Shown here: positions 24,066 to 37,575 of the stretch, in pieces | Layout of the letters: each line of letters opens with the position of its first letter | Numbering within the stretch: the stretch's first letter is position 1 | NCBI RefSeq assembly: GCF_964204645.1 | Contig: NC_134035.1 | Span: 8,898,451-8,962,450, forward strand | Direction of reading: 5' to 3' | Source: Tubulanus polymorphus | Lineage: Eukaryota > Animalia > Nemertea | Length of the DNA stretch: 64,000 nt | The notes under the pieces: model-generated | Told to the model about the DNA's origin: nothing | Seen by the model: only the letters and a program-made list of their open reading frames with translations | Databases searched by the model: none | Made by a program: the position numbers and the translations under genes

Positions 24066-26594
24066 CCTGAATACGTACTAGATTAAATCTGATCAGCTAT
24101 TTTAATATAGATTGAATATTGCGCGGCACATGCCGCACACAATGCAAGCTGTAGCATTGTGCAGCAGTGTTGTCAAAATTGCCTTTTCAGAAATAGTTCC
24201 ACCACTAACTGACAGAGTTAACCTAAGATTAAGAAACTAATATAATTTGTGATGTACAACAGCACGGCATCCATGTACGCGAAATCGATTATTCCGCCGC
24301 CAGTTTTTAAACCAGAAACTGTAGACACTGGCAATTTCACGATATACAGGTATCACATACAAATGTATAGCTCATGGTATACTACGGTATGATAAGTTGC
24401 CGAGTGTCTTTAGATGTTCACCATTGGGATCCGATCAGTCCTTGACGATTTGATCTGGTTAGTGTCAGATGTTGTTCCTATACACTAACATTTTCATTTT
24501 TTTCATTTCTAATTTATTTTCAGCATTTTGTAATTCAAACTGTAATGTTTATCAATCTTACTTTGTTATCATTCTTTTTAACTTCTTGTGAGACCCGGAC
24601 TAGATTCATTAAATTACCGATCCGAACGACACACGCGACGCGATAAACCTGCTGTCTCATTATATCCTAAGGTGCTGTCGCTATGCTCATCGTTAGCGGA
24701 TTTTTCAAACACCAACAAAAGTTGACTCTGGCAATCACATACATACGATTGCCAGAGTCGACTCATGTTAGTGTATGAAAAATCCGCTAACGATGAGCAT
24801 AGCGGCAGCACATTATGGTAAAATTATTATGATATGTAATTCAGGCGAAATAAGTGATGAATACCATTGATTTGTCATTCTCACACCAAGCTGAGATGAA
24901 GATACCTTACTAGTTATTATAACGAAAATCCGACCTAGATAAAATATTACGAGTTATTGAATACGAATGACACTAAATGATTATTGAATAATATTATAGA
25001 TATGTTGAAATGTTCTGTAAATATTTTGTTTTTTTACATAGTGTATTGATATGCATGTTTTCTGTCCTTATACAATTGACATTGTCAGGTTGAATAAAAT
25101 TATCTTGTCTTATCTTATCATGAAAGTAACAAAATATTCCCATAATCTACATGTATTAGTGGAGTTTAGTTTTCCTCCTTATGCCATGGAAATAAGATTT
25201 GGTGTGTAATAAATATTCGTGATTTTGGTTTTTTGATCAGGTTACTCTGCTTTATATAGCCCCACATCTCATTGGCCCAAAATCCTGGAATGCCCTCCCC
25301 CATCTCATTATTGTCGTGTTGAAGCACACTTAATGTTTACTTTTTAGTTGACTTGAAAAATTCCGCCCTATTGTGTTGATTAACGGGCGGAATACCACTA
25401 TAGTGCATCTACACCCTGGCGCGGTGTATCGTTAGTTACTAATATTTAACTATGTTTGACAGGTGCTGCCATTCATAGAGATAAAAACCAATTACTATTT
25501 ACACCAATACACCGCAGTGCGGTGTACTAGCAAAATCCATCACCTACTCATACACCGCACTGCGGTGTAGACGCACTGAAAGGGTTAAAGATTGGATAGA
25601 TTTTTAAGTACAATTTTTTATCATTTTGAAACGTTTTTCTGACTCATCATTAGGTTGAACTAGAAACTGAGTCCCGAGACTTTACAGAGATAAACAGATA
25701 ACTATAGAAATTCTGTTTTGTTTTAATTTCTTGTTGAAATGTACACACTTTGTATTGTTAGTTTTGTTAATTGCCAAGTAATATGAATCAATAAAGTGCG
25801 TGACTCCAAAAAAACTTCTACGTTGGACTTAAAGTAGTTCTTATGTGGTTTTGAAGTCTACTTAGCGACATTCATTTATTGCGTACACTTTGTGAGGGAG
25901 AGGGCTTAATATGTACCTATATGAAAAAATGGCAGGAAGGGGAGTTAAAAATTCAAATTTTGTGCGCACGTAGTCAATGAATGAAACTTCAGCATTGCAC
26001 AGTGCGATTTTTTGGGGAAAACTTTGTGAAGGCCCTGATAAGCGCTTACTTCTCACTAAAGTGCTGAAAAGAGCTACTTTCTGATCTGACATACCAGTTA
26101 TCTAGTAGAATGTGTCAAAAATGTAGGTAATATTACGTAGGGTCCAATCTAAGCACTTAGTCTGATAGCCCGGGATAAGTGTATTTTCATTAGGGCAAGT
26201 AGGTTATCATTTTATCACTTGTCCACTCAGACACTGGACTAGTACAATTTTATGTCTCAAAGCTTTTTTTGCCACTCGATACAACAGGGGCCAGTCGCTC
26301 AAAAGTTTAGTTTAAGATAACCGGCAGATAAATACCATAGTGACAATGAACTTTTAATTGTCACTATGTCAACTATCCACTGGTTAACTAAACAACTGCA
26401 ATGAAGGGCAAGTTGATTTTTGAAGGGGCTAGCGAAATTTCAGACATGATATCTTGTTTGAAACCGACTCTTATGAATCCGATGACGAATTATGAATTGC
26501 CATAATCACCATGATCAGAAACAAAAGCTTACCAAGGATTTTCTTACCGTATTACATTAGACTGGATGCACCACGTCGCGCTGACAGTTTATTG

Positions 26595-27528
26595 TCAACA
26601 TTTCAACAACTGAAAGAAAGTTTTTCTGAATTGATTGTTTACAATCAAATAAATGAGTAGATTTACAGAGGAATTGACGGCCGATGTCAAGAGGTAGGTT
26701 GTGTTCAATATTTCCTGGAAAGGATAGCGTCTTCCCATTTTACCGAGTAAACCTGGAAATTCCAAAACCGTGAATACTCATTGTCAGCACCATTTTCGTC
26801 GCCTTCGACATGCCCTGCTTTTCTGACTCAGGCGTTTTACAAGAGGCGGATAGAAATTTCCGTCGTTTTGCTTTAACTCGTAAAACAATCATAAGTGTTA
26901 TATTCGCTCCGAAAACTGCTATATTCGGTATAATGATTCGGAAGATAGGGTCGACGGAGCGGTTCATGAGGACAAAGCTACTGTCAGGTGAGTAGTACGC
27001 CCTGTAGTGAGGGCCGAGTCTGGATCGTGTTTGGAATATAACTCGCATAGTTATAGGGTAATATGAGGACAGTGCCATTGAAAATATAAAGGCAAAGACA
27101 ACGATAGAATTAATGAAGATATTGCGTCGAACCATTAAGATAAAAATCATCGTAATTAATCTTTCGCATTGAATGATAACGGTTAGATAGTTACGGAACA
27201 TTTGAAATCCGTGGTTAAACATGGTCATCCATATGTATATGTGAGGGAAGATCCACTCTGGAATGAAATATTTGATCATATCACCGTACGTAGCGTAGTG
27301 AATATAATAGCGAACCGGGCTCTGGATGAATTTCGTTTCCAAAAACATGTTATCAGCAACAGCGAGGTATTTCAGTAAATAGATGCAGCGGTTTTTAGTC
27401 TTCATTCTGAGAAATACAATGAGAACGATCGAGTTTAAACCAACCCCGACTGTCAGTATAGGAGGCAAAATGAATCCTATCACAACCCATTTGTGGGCAT
27501 ATGAAGTTAAAGTAGAATTAGTTATCAT
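26595..27528 (-). pseudogene. GPCR copy 6, frameshifted in TM6 by a 5-nt deletion (~26775)
   Basis: gtgaatatgatactc > gtgaatactc on the plus strand; ORF ends at 26740 with an aberrant HGFGISRFTR tail; otherwise nearly identical to copy 1. Confidence 0.88.
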
Positions 27529-30050
27529 CCTGAATACGTACTAAATTAAATCTGATCAGCTATTTTAATATAGATTGAATATTGCGCGGCACATGCAGTG
27601 TTGTCAAAATTGCCTTTTCAGAAATAGTTCCACCACTTAAGCAACTACCGACAGAGTAAACCTAAGATTAAGAAACTAATATAATTTGTGATGTACAACA
27701 GATGAAACGACATCCATGTACGCGAAATCGATTATTCCGCCGCCAGTTTTTAAACCAGAAACTGTAGACATTGGCAATTTCACGATACACAGGTATCACA
27801 TACAAATCTATAGCTATAGCTCATGGTATATACTACAGTATGATATGTTGGTGAGTGTCTTCAGATGTTCACCATCGGGTTCTGATCAATCCTTTTCGGA
27901 TTGATCTGATTAGTGTCAAATGTTGCTCCTATACACTAACATTTTCATTTTTTCATTTCTAATTTATTTTCAGCATTTTGTAATTCAAACTGTAATGTTT
28001 ATCAATCTTACTTTGTTATCATTCTTTTTAACTTCTTGTGGAACCCGGACTAGATTCATTAAATTACCGATCCGAACGACTCACGCGACGCGATAAACCT
28101 GCTGTCTCATTATATCGTAAGGTGCTGTCGCTATGCTCATCGTTAGCGGATTTTTCAAACACCAACAAAAGTCGACTCTGGCAATCACATACATACGATT
28201 GCCAGAGTCGACTCATGTTAGTGTATGAAAAATCCGCTAACGATGAGCATAGCGGCAGCACATTATGGTAGAATTATTATGATATGTAATTCAGGCGAAA
28301 TAAGTGATGAATACCATTGATTTGTCATTCTCACACCAAGCTGAGAAGAAGATACCTTACTAGTTATTATAACGAAAATCCGACCTAGATAAAATATTAC
28401 GAGTTATTGAATACGAATGACACTAAATGATTATTGAATAATATTATAGATATGTTGAAATGTTCTGTAAATATTTTGTTTTTTTTACATAGTGTATTGA
28501 TATGCATGTTTTCTCTCCTTATACAATTGACATTGTCAGGTTGAATAAAATTATCTTGTCTTATCTTATCATGAAAGTAACAAAATATTCCCATAATCTA
28601 CATGTATTAGTGGAGTTTAGTTTTCCTCCTTATGCCATGGAAATAAGATTTGGTGTGTAATAAATATTCGTGATTTTGGTTTTTTGATCAGGTTACTCTG
28701 CTTTATATAGCCCCACATCTCATTGGCCCAAAATCCTGGAATGCCCTCCCCCCATCTCATTATTGTCGTGTTGAAGCACACTTAATGTTTACTTTTTAGT
28801 TGACTTGAAAAATTCCGCCCTATTGTGTTGATTAACGGGCGGAATACCACTATAGTGCATCTACACCCTGGCGCGGTGTATCGTTAGTTACTAATATTTA
28901 ACTATGTTTGACAGGTGCTGCCATTCATAGAGATAAAAACCAATTACTATTTACACCAATACACCGCAGTGCGGTGTACTAGCAAAATCCATCACCTACT
29001 CATACACCGCACTGCGGTGTAGACGCACTGAAAGGGTTAAAGATTGGATAGATTTTTAAGTACAATTTTCTATCATTTTGAAACGTTTTTCTGACTCATC
29101 ATTCGGTTGAACCAGAAACTGAGTCCCGAGACTTTACAGAGATAAACAGATAACTATAGAAATTCTGTTTTGTTTTAATTTCTTGTTGAAATGTACACAC
29201 TTTGTATTGTTAGTTTTGTTAATTGCCAAGTAATATGAATCAATAAAGTGCGTGACTCCAAAAAAAACTTCTACGTTGGACTTAAAGTAGTTCTTATGTG
29301 GTTTTGAAGTCTACTTAGCGACATTCATTTATTGCGTACACTTTGTGAGGGAGAGGGCTTAATATGTACCTATGTGAAAAAATGGCAGGAAGGGGAGTTA
29401 AAAATTCAAATTTTGTGCGCACGTAGTCAATGAATGAAACTTCAGCATTGCACAGTGCGATTTCTTGGGGAAAACTTTGTGAAGGCCCTGATAAGTGCTT
29501 ACTTCTCACTAAAGTGCTGAAAAGAGCTACTTTCTGATCTGACATACCAGTTATCTAGTAGAATGTGTCAAAAATGTAGGTAATATTACGCAGGGTCCAA
29601 TCTAAGCACTTAGTCTGATAGCCCGGGATAAGTATAATTTCATTAGGGCAAGTAGGTTATCATTTTATCACTTGACCACTCAGACACTGGACTAGTACAA
29701 TTTTATGTCTCAAAGCTTTTTTTGCCACTCGATACAACAGGGGCCAGTCGCTCAAAAGTTTAGTTTAAGATAAACGGCAGATAAATACCATAGTGACACT
29801 GAACTTTTAATGGTCACTATGTCAACTATCCACTGGTTAACTAAACAACTGTTATGAAGGGCAAGTTGATTTTTGAAGGGGCTAGCGAAATTTCAGACAT
29901 GATTTCTTGTTTGAAACCGACTCCAACTGAATCCAATGACGAATTATGTATTGCCACAATCACTATGATCAGAAACACAAAATGTTACCAAGGATTTTCT
30001 TACTGTATTACATTAGACTGGATGCACCACGTCGCACTGACAGTTTATTT

Positions 30051-30989
30051 TCAACATTTCAACAACTGAAAGAAAGTTTTTCTGAATTGATTGTTTACAA
30101 TCAAATAAATGAATAGATTTACAGAAGAATTGACGACCGATGTCAAGAGGTAGGTTGTGTTCAATATTTTCTGGAAAGGAAAGTGTCTTCCCATTTTACC
30201 GAATAAACCTGGAAATTCCAAAACCGTGAATATGATACTCATTGTCAGCACCATTTTCGTCGCCTTCGACATGCCCTGTTTTTCTGATTCTGGTGCTTTA
30301 CAAGCGGCAGATAAAAATTTCCGTCGTTTTGCTTTAACTCGTAAATCAATGATTAGCGCTATATTCGCTGCGAAAACTGATATATTCGGTATAATGATTC
30401 GGAAGATAGGGTCAACGTAACGGTTCATGAGGATAAAACTACTGTCACGTGAGTAGTGCGCTCTGTAGTGAGGACCGAGTCTGGATTTTTTTTGGAATAT
30501 AACTCGCATAGTTATAGGGTAATATGAGCACAGTGCCACTGAAAATATACATGCAAAGACGATGATAGAATTAATGAAGATATTGCGTCGAACCATTAAG
30601 ATGAAAATCATCGTAACTAATCTTTCGCATTGAATGATAACGGTTATATAGTTACGGAACATTTGAAATCCGTTGTTAAACATGGTCATCCATATGTATA
30701 TGTGAGGAAAGATCCACTTTGGAATGAAATATTTGATCATATCACCGTACGTAGCGTAGTGAATATAATAGCGAACCGGGTCCTGGATGAATTTCGTTAC
30801 CAAAAACATGTTATCAGCAACGGCGAGGTATTTCAGTAAATAGATGCAGCGGTTTTTAGTCTTCATTCTGAGAAATACAATGAGAACGATCGAGTTTAAA
30901 CCAACCCCGACTATCAGTATAGGAGGCAAAATGAATCCTATCATAACCCATTTGAGGGCATATGAAGTTAAAGTAGAATTAGTTATCAT
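30051..30989 (-). CDS. Orphan class A GPCR, copy 7, 312 aa
   Basis: Intact paralogous ORF. Confidence 0.9.
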   Translation of the reverse strand: MITNSTLTSYALKWVMIGFILPPILIVGVGLNSIVLIVFLRMKTKNRCIYLLKYLAVADNMFLVTKFIQDPVRYYIHYATYGDMIKYFIPKWIFPHIYIWMTMFNNGFQMFRNYITVIIQCERLVTMIFILMVRRNIFINSIIVFACIFSVALCSYYPITMRVIFQKKSRLGPHYRAHYSRDSSFILMNRYVDPIFRIIIPNISVFAANIALIIDLRVKAKRRKFLSAACKAPESEKQGMSKATKMVLTMSIIFTVLEFPGLFGKMGRHFPFQKILNTTYLLTSVVNSSVNLFIYLIVNNQFRKTFFQLLKC

Positions 30990-33528
30990 CCTGAATACGT
31001 ACTAAATTAAATCTGATCAGCTATTTTGATATAGATTGAATATTGCGCGGCACATGCCGCACACAATGCAAGCTGTAGCTGTGTGGAGCAGTGTTGTCAA
31101 AATTGCCTTTTCAGAAATAGTTCCACCACTTAAGCAACTACCGACAGAGTAAACCTAAGATTAAGAAACTAATATAATTTGTGATGTACAACAGCACGGC
31201 ATCCATGTACGCGAAATCGATAATTCCGCCGCCAGTTTTTAAACCAGAAACTGTAGACATTGGCAATTTCACGATATACAGGTATCACATACAAATCTAT
31301 AGCTCATGGTATATACTACAGTATGATATGTTGCTGAGTGTCTTCAGATGTTCACCATTGGGTTCTGATCAGTCCTTGACGATTTGATCTGATTAGTGTC
31401 AAATGTTGTTCCTATACACTAACATTTTCATTTTTTCATTTCTAATTTATTTTCAGCATTTTGTAATTCAAACTGTAATGTTTATCAATCTTACTTTGTT
31501 ATCATTCTTTTTAACTTCTTGTGGAACCCGGACTAGATTCATTAAATTACCGATCCGAACGACTCACGCGACGCGATGAACCTGCTGTCTCATTATATCG
31601 TAAGGTGCTGCCGCTATGCTCATCGTTAGCGGATTTTTCAAACACCAACAAAAGTCGACTCTGGCAATCACATACATACGATTGCCAGAGTCGACTCATG
31701 TTAGTGTATGAAAAATCCGCTAACGATGAGCATAGCGGCAGAACATTATGGTAAAATTATTATGATATGTAATTCAGGCGAAATAAGTGATGAATACCAT
31801 TGATCTGTCATTCTCACACCAAGCTGAGAAGAAGATACCTTACTAGTTATTATAACGAAAATCCGACCTAGATAAAATATTACGAGTTATTGAATACGAA
31901 TGACACTAAATGATTATTGAATAATATTATAGATATGTTGAAATGTTCTGTAAATATTTTGTTTTTTTTACATAGTGTATTGATATGCATGTTTTCTCTC
32001 CTTATACAATTGACATTGTCAGGTTGAATAAAATTATCTTGTCTTATCTTATCATGAAAGTAACAAAATATTCCCATAATCTACATGTATTAGTGGAGTT
32101 TAGTTTTCCTCCTTATGCCATGGAAATAAGATTTGGTGTGTAATAAATATTCGTGATTTTGGTTTTTTGATCAGGTTACTCTGCTTTATATAGCCCCACA
32201 TCTCATTGGCCCAAAATCCTGGAATGCCCTCCCCCATCTCATTATTGTCGTGTTGAAGCACACTTAATGTTTACTTTTTAGTTGACTTGAAAAATTCCGC
32301 CCTATTGTGTTGATTAACGGGCGGAATACCACTATAGTGCATCTACACCCTGGCGCGGTGTATCGTTAGTTACTAATATTTAACTATGTTTGACAGGTGC
32401 TGCCATTCATAGAGATAAAAACCAATTACTATTTACACCAATACACGGCAGTGCGGTGTACTAGCAAAATCCATCACCTACTCATACACCGCACTGCGGT
32501 GTAGACGCACTGAAAGGGTTAAAGATTGGATAGATTTTTAAGTACAATTTTTTATCATTTTGAAACGTTTTTCTGACTCATCATTAGGTTGAACCAGAAA
32601 CTGAGTCCCGAGACTTTACAGAGATAAACAGATAACTATAGAAATTCTGTTTTGTTTTAATTTCTTGTTGAAATGTACACACTTTGTATTGTTAGTTTTG
32701 TTAATTGCCAAGTAATATGAATCAATAAAGTGCGTGACTCCAAAAAAAACTTCTACGTTGGACTTAAAGTAGTTCTTATGTGGTTTTGAAGTCTACTTAG
32801 CGACATTCATTTATTGCGTACACTTTGTGAGGGAGAGGGCTTATGTACCTATGTGAAAAAATGGCAGGAAGGGGAGTTAAAATTCAAATTTTGTGCGCAC
32901 GTAGTCAATGAATGAAACTTCAGCATTGCACAGTGCGATTTCTTGGGGAAAACTTTGTGAAGGCCCTGATAAGTGCTTACTTCTCACTAAAGTGCTGAAA
33001 AGAGCTACTTTCTGATCTGACATACCAGTTATCTAGTAGAATGTGTCAAAAATGTAGGTAATATTACGTAGGGTCCAATCTAAGCACTTAGTCTGATAGC
33101 CCGGGATAAGTGTATTTTCATTAGGGCAAGTAGGTTATCATTTTATCACTTGTCCACTCAGACACTGGACTAGTACAATTTTATGTCTCAAAGCTTTTTT
33201 TGCCACTCGATACAACAGGGGCCAGTCGCTCAAAAGTTTAGTTTAAGATAACCGGCAGATAAATACCATAGTGACAATGAACTTTTAATGGTCACTATGT
33301 CAACTATCCACTGGTTAACTAAACAACTGTTATGAAGGGCAAGTTGATTTTTGAAGGGGCTAGCGAAATTTCAGACATGATTTCTTGTTTGAAACCGACT
33401 CCAACTGAATCCGATGACGAATTATGTATTGCCACAATCACTATGATCAGAAACACAAAAGGTTACCAGGGATTTTCTTACCGTATTACATTAGACTGGA
33501 TGCACCACGTCGCACTGACAGTTTATTG

Positions 33529-34467
33529 TCAACATTTCAACAACTGAAAGAAAGTTTTTCTGAATTGATTGTTTACAATCAAATAAATGAATAGATTTAC
33601 AGAAGAATTGACGGCCGATGTCAAGAGGTAGGTTGTGTTCAATATTTTCTGGAAAGGAAAGTGTCTTCCCATTTTACCGAATAAACCTGGAAATTCCAAA
33701 ACCGTGAATATGATACTCATTGTCAGCACCATTTTCGTCGCCTTCGACATGCCCTGTTTTTCTGATTCTGGCGCTTTACAAGCGGCAGATAAAAATTTCC
33801 GTCGTTTTGCTTTAACTCGTAAAACAATGATTAGCGCTATATTCGCTGCGAAAACTGATATATTCGGTATAATGATTCGGAAGATAGGGTCAACGTAACG
33901 GTTCATGAGGATAAAACTACTGTCACGTGAGTAGTGCGCTCTGTAGTGAGGACCGAGTCTGGATTTTTTTTGGAATATAACTCGCATAGTTATAGGGTAA
34001 TACGAGCACAGTGCCACTGAAAATATACATGCAAAGACGATGATAGAATTAATGAAGATATTGCGTCGAACCATTAAGATGAAAATCATCGTAACTAATC
34101 TTTCGCATTGAATGATAACGGTTAAATAGTTACGGAACATTTGAAATCCGTTGTTAAACATGGTCATCCATATGTATATGTGAGGGAAGATCCACTTTGG
34201 AATGAAATATTTGATCATATCACCGTACGTAGCGTAGTGAATATAATAGCGAACCGGGTCCTGGATGAATTTCGTTACCAAAAACATGTTATCAGCAACG
34301 GCGAGGTATTTCAGTAAATAGATGCAGCGGTTTTTAGTCTTCATTCTGAGAAATACAATGAGAACGATCGAGTTTAAACCAACCCCGACTATCAGTATAG
34401 GAGGCAAAATGAATCCTATCATAACCCATTTGAGGGCATATGAAGTTAAAGTAGAATTAGTTATCAT
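33529..34467 (-). CDS. Orphan class A GPCR, copy 8, 312 aa
   Basis: Intact paralogous ORF, a few substitutions from copy 7. Confidence 0.9.
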   Translation of the reverse strand: MITNSTLTSYALKWVMIGFILPPILIVGVGLNSIVLIVFLRMKTKNRCIYLLKYLAVADNMFLVTKFIQDPVRYYIHYATYGDMIKYFIPKWIFPHIYIWMTMFNNGFQMFRNYLTVIIQCERLVTMIFILMVRRNIFINSIIVFACIFSVALCSYYPITMRVIFQKKSRLGPHYRAHYSRDSSFILMNRYVDPIFRIIIPNISVFAANIALIIVLRVKAKRRKFLSAACKAPESEKQGMSKATKMVLTMSIIFTVLEFPGLFGKMGRHFPFQKILNTTYLLTSAVNSSVNLFIYLIVNNQFRKTFFQLLKC

Positions 34468-36636
34468 CCTGAATACGTACTAAATTAAATCTGATCAGCT
34501 ATTTTAATATAGATTGAATATTGCGCGGCACATGCCGCACACAATGCAAGTGTAGCAGTGTGGAGCAGTGTTGTCAAAATTGCCTTTTCAGAAATAGTTC
34601 CACCACTTAAGCAACTACCGACAGAGTAAACCTAAGATTAAGAAACTAATATAATTTGTGATGTACAACAGCACGGCATCCATGTACGCGAAATCGATAA
34701 TTCCGCCGCCAGTTTTTAAACCAGAAACTGTAGACATTGGCAATTTCACGATATACAGGTATCACATACAAATCTATAGCTCATGGTATATACTACAGTA
34801 TGATATGTTGCTGAGTGTCTTCAGATGTTCACCATTGGGTTCTGATCAGTCCTTGTCGGATTGATCTGATTAGTGTCAGATGTTGTTCCTATACACTAAC
34901 ATTTTCATTTTTTTCATTTCTAATTTATTTTCAGCATTTTGTAATTCAAACTGTAATGTTTATCAATCTTACTTTGTTATCATTCTTTTTAACTTCTTGT
35001 GAGACCCGGACTAGATTCATTAAATTACCGATCCGAACGACACACGCGACGCGATAAACCTGCTGTCTCATTATATCGTAAGGTGCTGCCGCTATGCTCA
35101 TCGTTAGCGGACTTTTCAAACACCAACAAAAGTCGACTCTGGCAATCACATACATACGATTGCCAGAGTCGACTCATGTTAGTGTATGAAAAATCCGCTA
35201 ACGATGAGCATAGCGGCAGAACATTATGGTAAAATTATTATGATATGTAATTCAGGCGAAATAAGTGATGAATACCATTGATTTGTCATTCTCACACCAA
35301 GCTGAGAAGAAGATACCTTACTAGTTATTATAACGAAAATCCGACCTAGATAAAATATTACGAGTTATTGAATACGAATGACACTAAATGATTATTGAAT
35401 AATATTATAGATATGTTGAAATGTTCTGTAAATATTTTGTTTTTTTTACATAGTGTATTGATATGCATGTTTTCTCTCCTTATACAATTGACATTGTCAG
35501 GTTGAATAAAATTATCTTGTCTTATCTTATCATGAAAGTAACAAAATATTCCCATAATCTACATGTATTAGTGGAGTTTAGTTTTCCTCCTTATGCCATG
35601 GAAATAAGATTTGGTGTGTAATAAATATTCGTGATTTTGTTTTTTGATCAGGTTACTCTGCTTTATATAGCCCACATCTCATTGGCCCAAAATCCTGGAA
35701 TGCCCTCTCCCCATCTCATTATTGTCGTGTTGAAGCACACTTAATGTTTACTTTTTAGTTGACTTGAAAAATTCCGCCCTATTGTGTTGATTAACGGGCG
35801 GAATACCGCTATAGTGCATCTACACCCTGGCGCGGTGTATCGTTAGTTACTAATATTTCACTATGTTTGACAGGTGCTGCCATTCATAGAGATAAAAACC
35901 GATTACTATTTACACCAATACACCGCAGTGCGGTGTACTAGCAAAATCCATCACCTACTCATACACCGCACTGCGGTGTAGACGCACTGAAAGGGTTAAA
36001 GATTGGATAGATTTTTAAGTACAATTTTCTATCATTTTGAAACGTTTTTCTGACTCAACATTCGGTTGAACCAGAAACTTAGTCCCGAGACTTTATAGAG
36101 ATAAACAGATAACTATAGAAATTCTGTTTTGTTTTAATTTCTTGTTGAAATGTACACACTTAGTATTGTTAGTTTTGTTAATTGCCAAGTAATATGAATC
36201 AATAAAGTGCGTGACTCCAAAAAAAACTTCCATTGGGGCAAGTAGGTTATTATTTTATCGCTTGTCCACTCAGACACTGGACTAGTACAATTTTATGTCT
36301 CAAAGCTTTTTTGCCACTCGATACAACAGGGGCCAGTCGCTCAAAAGTTTAGTTTAAGATAACCGGCAGATAAATACCATAGTGACAATGAACTTTTAAT
36401 TGTCACTATGTCAACTATCCACTGGTTAACTAAACAACTGCAATGAAGGGCAAGTTGATTTTTGAAGGGGCTAGCGAAATTTCAGACATGATTTCTTGTT
36501 TGAAACCGACTCCAACTGAATCCGATGACGAATTATGTATTGCCACAATCACTATGATCAGAAACACAAAAGGTTACCAGGGATTTTCTTACCGTATTAC
36601 ATTAGACTGGATGCACCACGTCGCGCTGACAGTTTG

Positions 36637-37575
36637 TCAACATTTCAACAACTGAAAGAAAGTTTTTCTGAATTGTTTGTTTACAATCAAATAAATGAGT
36701 AGATTTACAGAAGAATTGACGACCGATGTCAAGAGGTAGGTTGTGTTCAATATTTTCTGGAAAGAAAAGCGTCTTCCCATTTTACCGAGTAAACCTGGAA
36801 ATTCCAAAACTGTGAATATGATACTCATTGTCAGCACCATTTTCGTCGCCTTCGACATGCCCTGTTTTTCTGACTCTGGCGGTTTACAAGCGGCAGATAG
36901 AAATTTCCGTCGTTTTGCTTTAACTCGTAAAACAATCATTAGTGCTATATTCGCTGCGAAAACTAATATATTCGGTATAATGACTCGGACGATCGGGTCG
37001 ACGTAACGGTTCATGAGGACAAAACTACTGTCAGGTGAGTAGTACGCTCTGTAGTGAGGACCGAGGCTAGAACGTTTTTGGAATATAACTTGCATGGTTA
37101 TAGGGTAATATGAGCACAGTGCCACTGAAAATATACATGCAAAGACGACGATAAAATTAATGAAGATATTGCGTCGAACCATTAAGATGAAAATCATCGT
37201 AACTAATCTTTCGCATTGAATGATAACGGTTAAATAGTTGCGGAACATTTGAAATCCGTTGTTAAACATAGTCATCCATATGTATATGTGAGGGAAGACC
37301 CGCTTTGCATTGAAATATTTGATCATATCACCGTATGTACCGTAGTGAATATAATAGCGAACCGGGCCCTGGATGAATTTCGTTACCAAAAACATGTTAT
37401 CAGCAACGGCGAGACATTTCAGTAAATAGATGCAGCGGTTTTTAGTTTTCATTCTGAGAAATACAATAAGAACGATCGAGTTTAAACCAACCCCGACTGT
37501 CAGTATAGGAGGCAAAATGAATCCTATCACAACCCATTTGTGGGCATATGAAGTTAAAGTAGAATTAGTTATCAT
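36637..37575 (-). CDS. Orphan class A GPCR, copy 9, 312 aa
   Basis: Intact paralogous ORF, closest to copy 5. Confidence 0.9.
   Translation of the reverse strand: MITNSTLTSYAHKWVVIGFILPPILTVGVGLNSIVLIVFLRMKTKNRCIYLLKCLAVADNMFLVTKFIQGPVRYYIHYGTYGDMIKYFNAKRVFPHIYIWMTMFNNGFQMFRNYLTVIIQCERLVTMIFILMVRRNIFINFIVVFACIFSVALCSYYPITMQVIFQKRSSLGPHYRAYYSPDSSFVLMNRYVDPIVRVIIPNILVFAANIALMIVLRVKAKRRKFLSAACKPPESEKQGMSKATKMVLTMSIIFTVLEFPGLLGKMGRRFSFQKILNTTYLLTSVVNSSVNLLIYLIVNKQFRKTFFQLLKC

Noticed and set aside
15598-36655. Recurring small ORFs (MKGKLIF..., MMYNSTAS..., MLPLCSS..., MGIFCYF..., MSDQKVA...) as partner genes of an operon-like system
   Set aside because: They recur only because the whole unit is duplicated, are frameshifted or absent in several units, overlap MITE sequence and have no recognisable domain.
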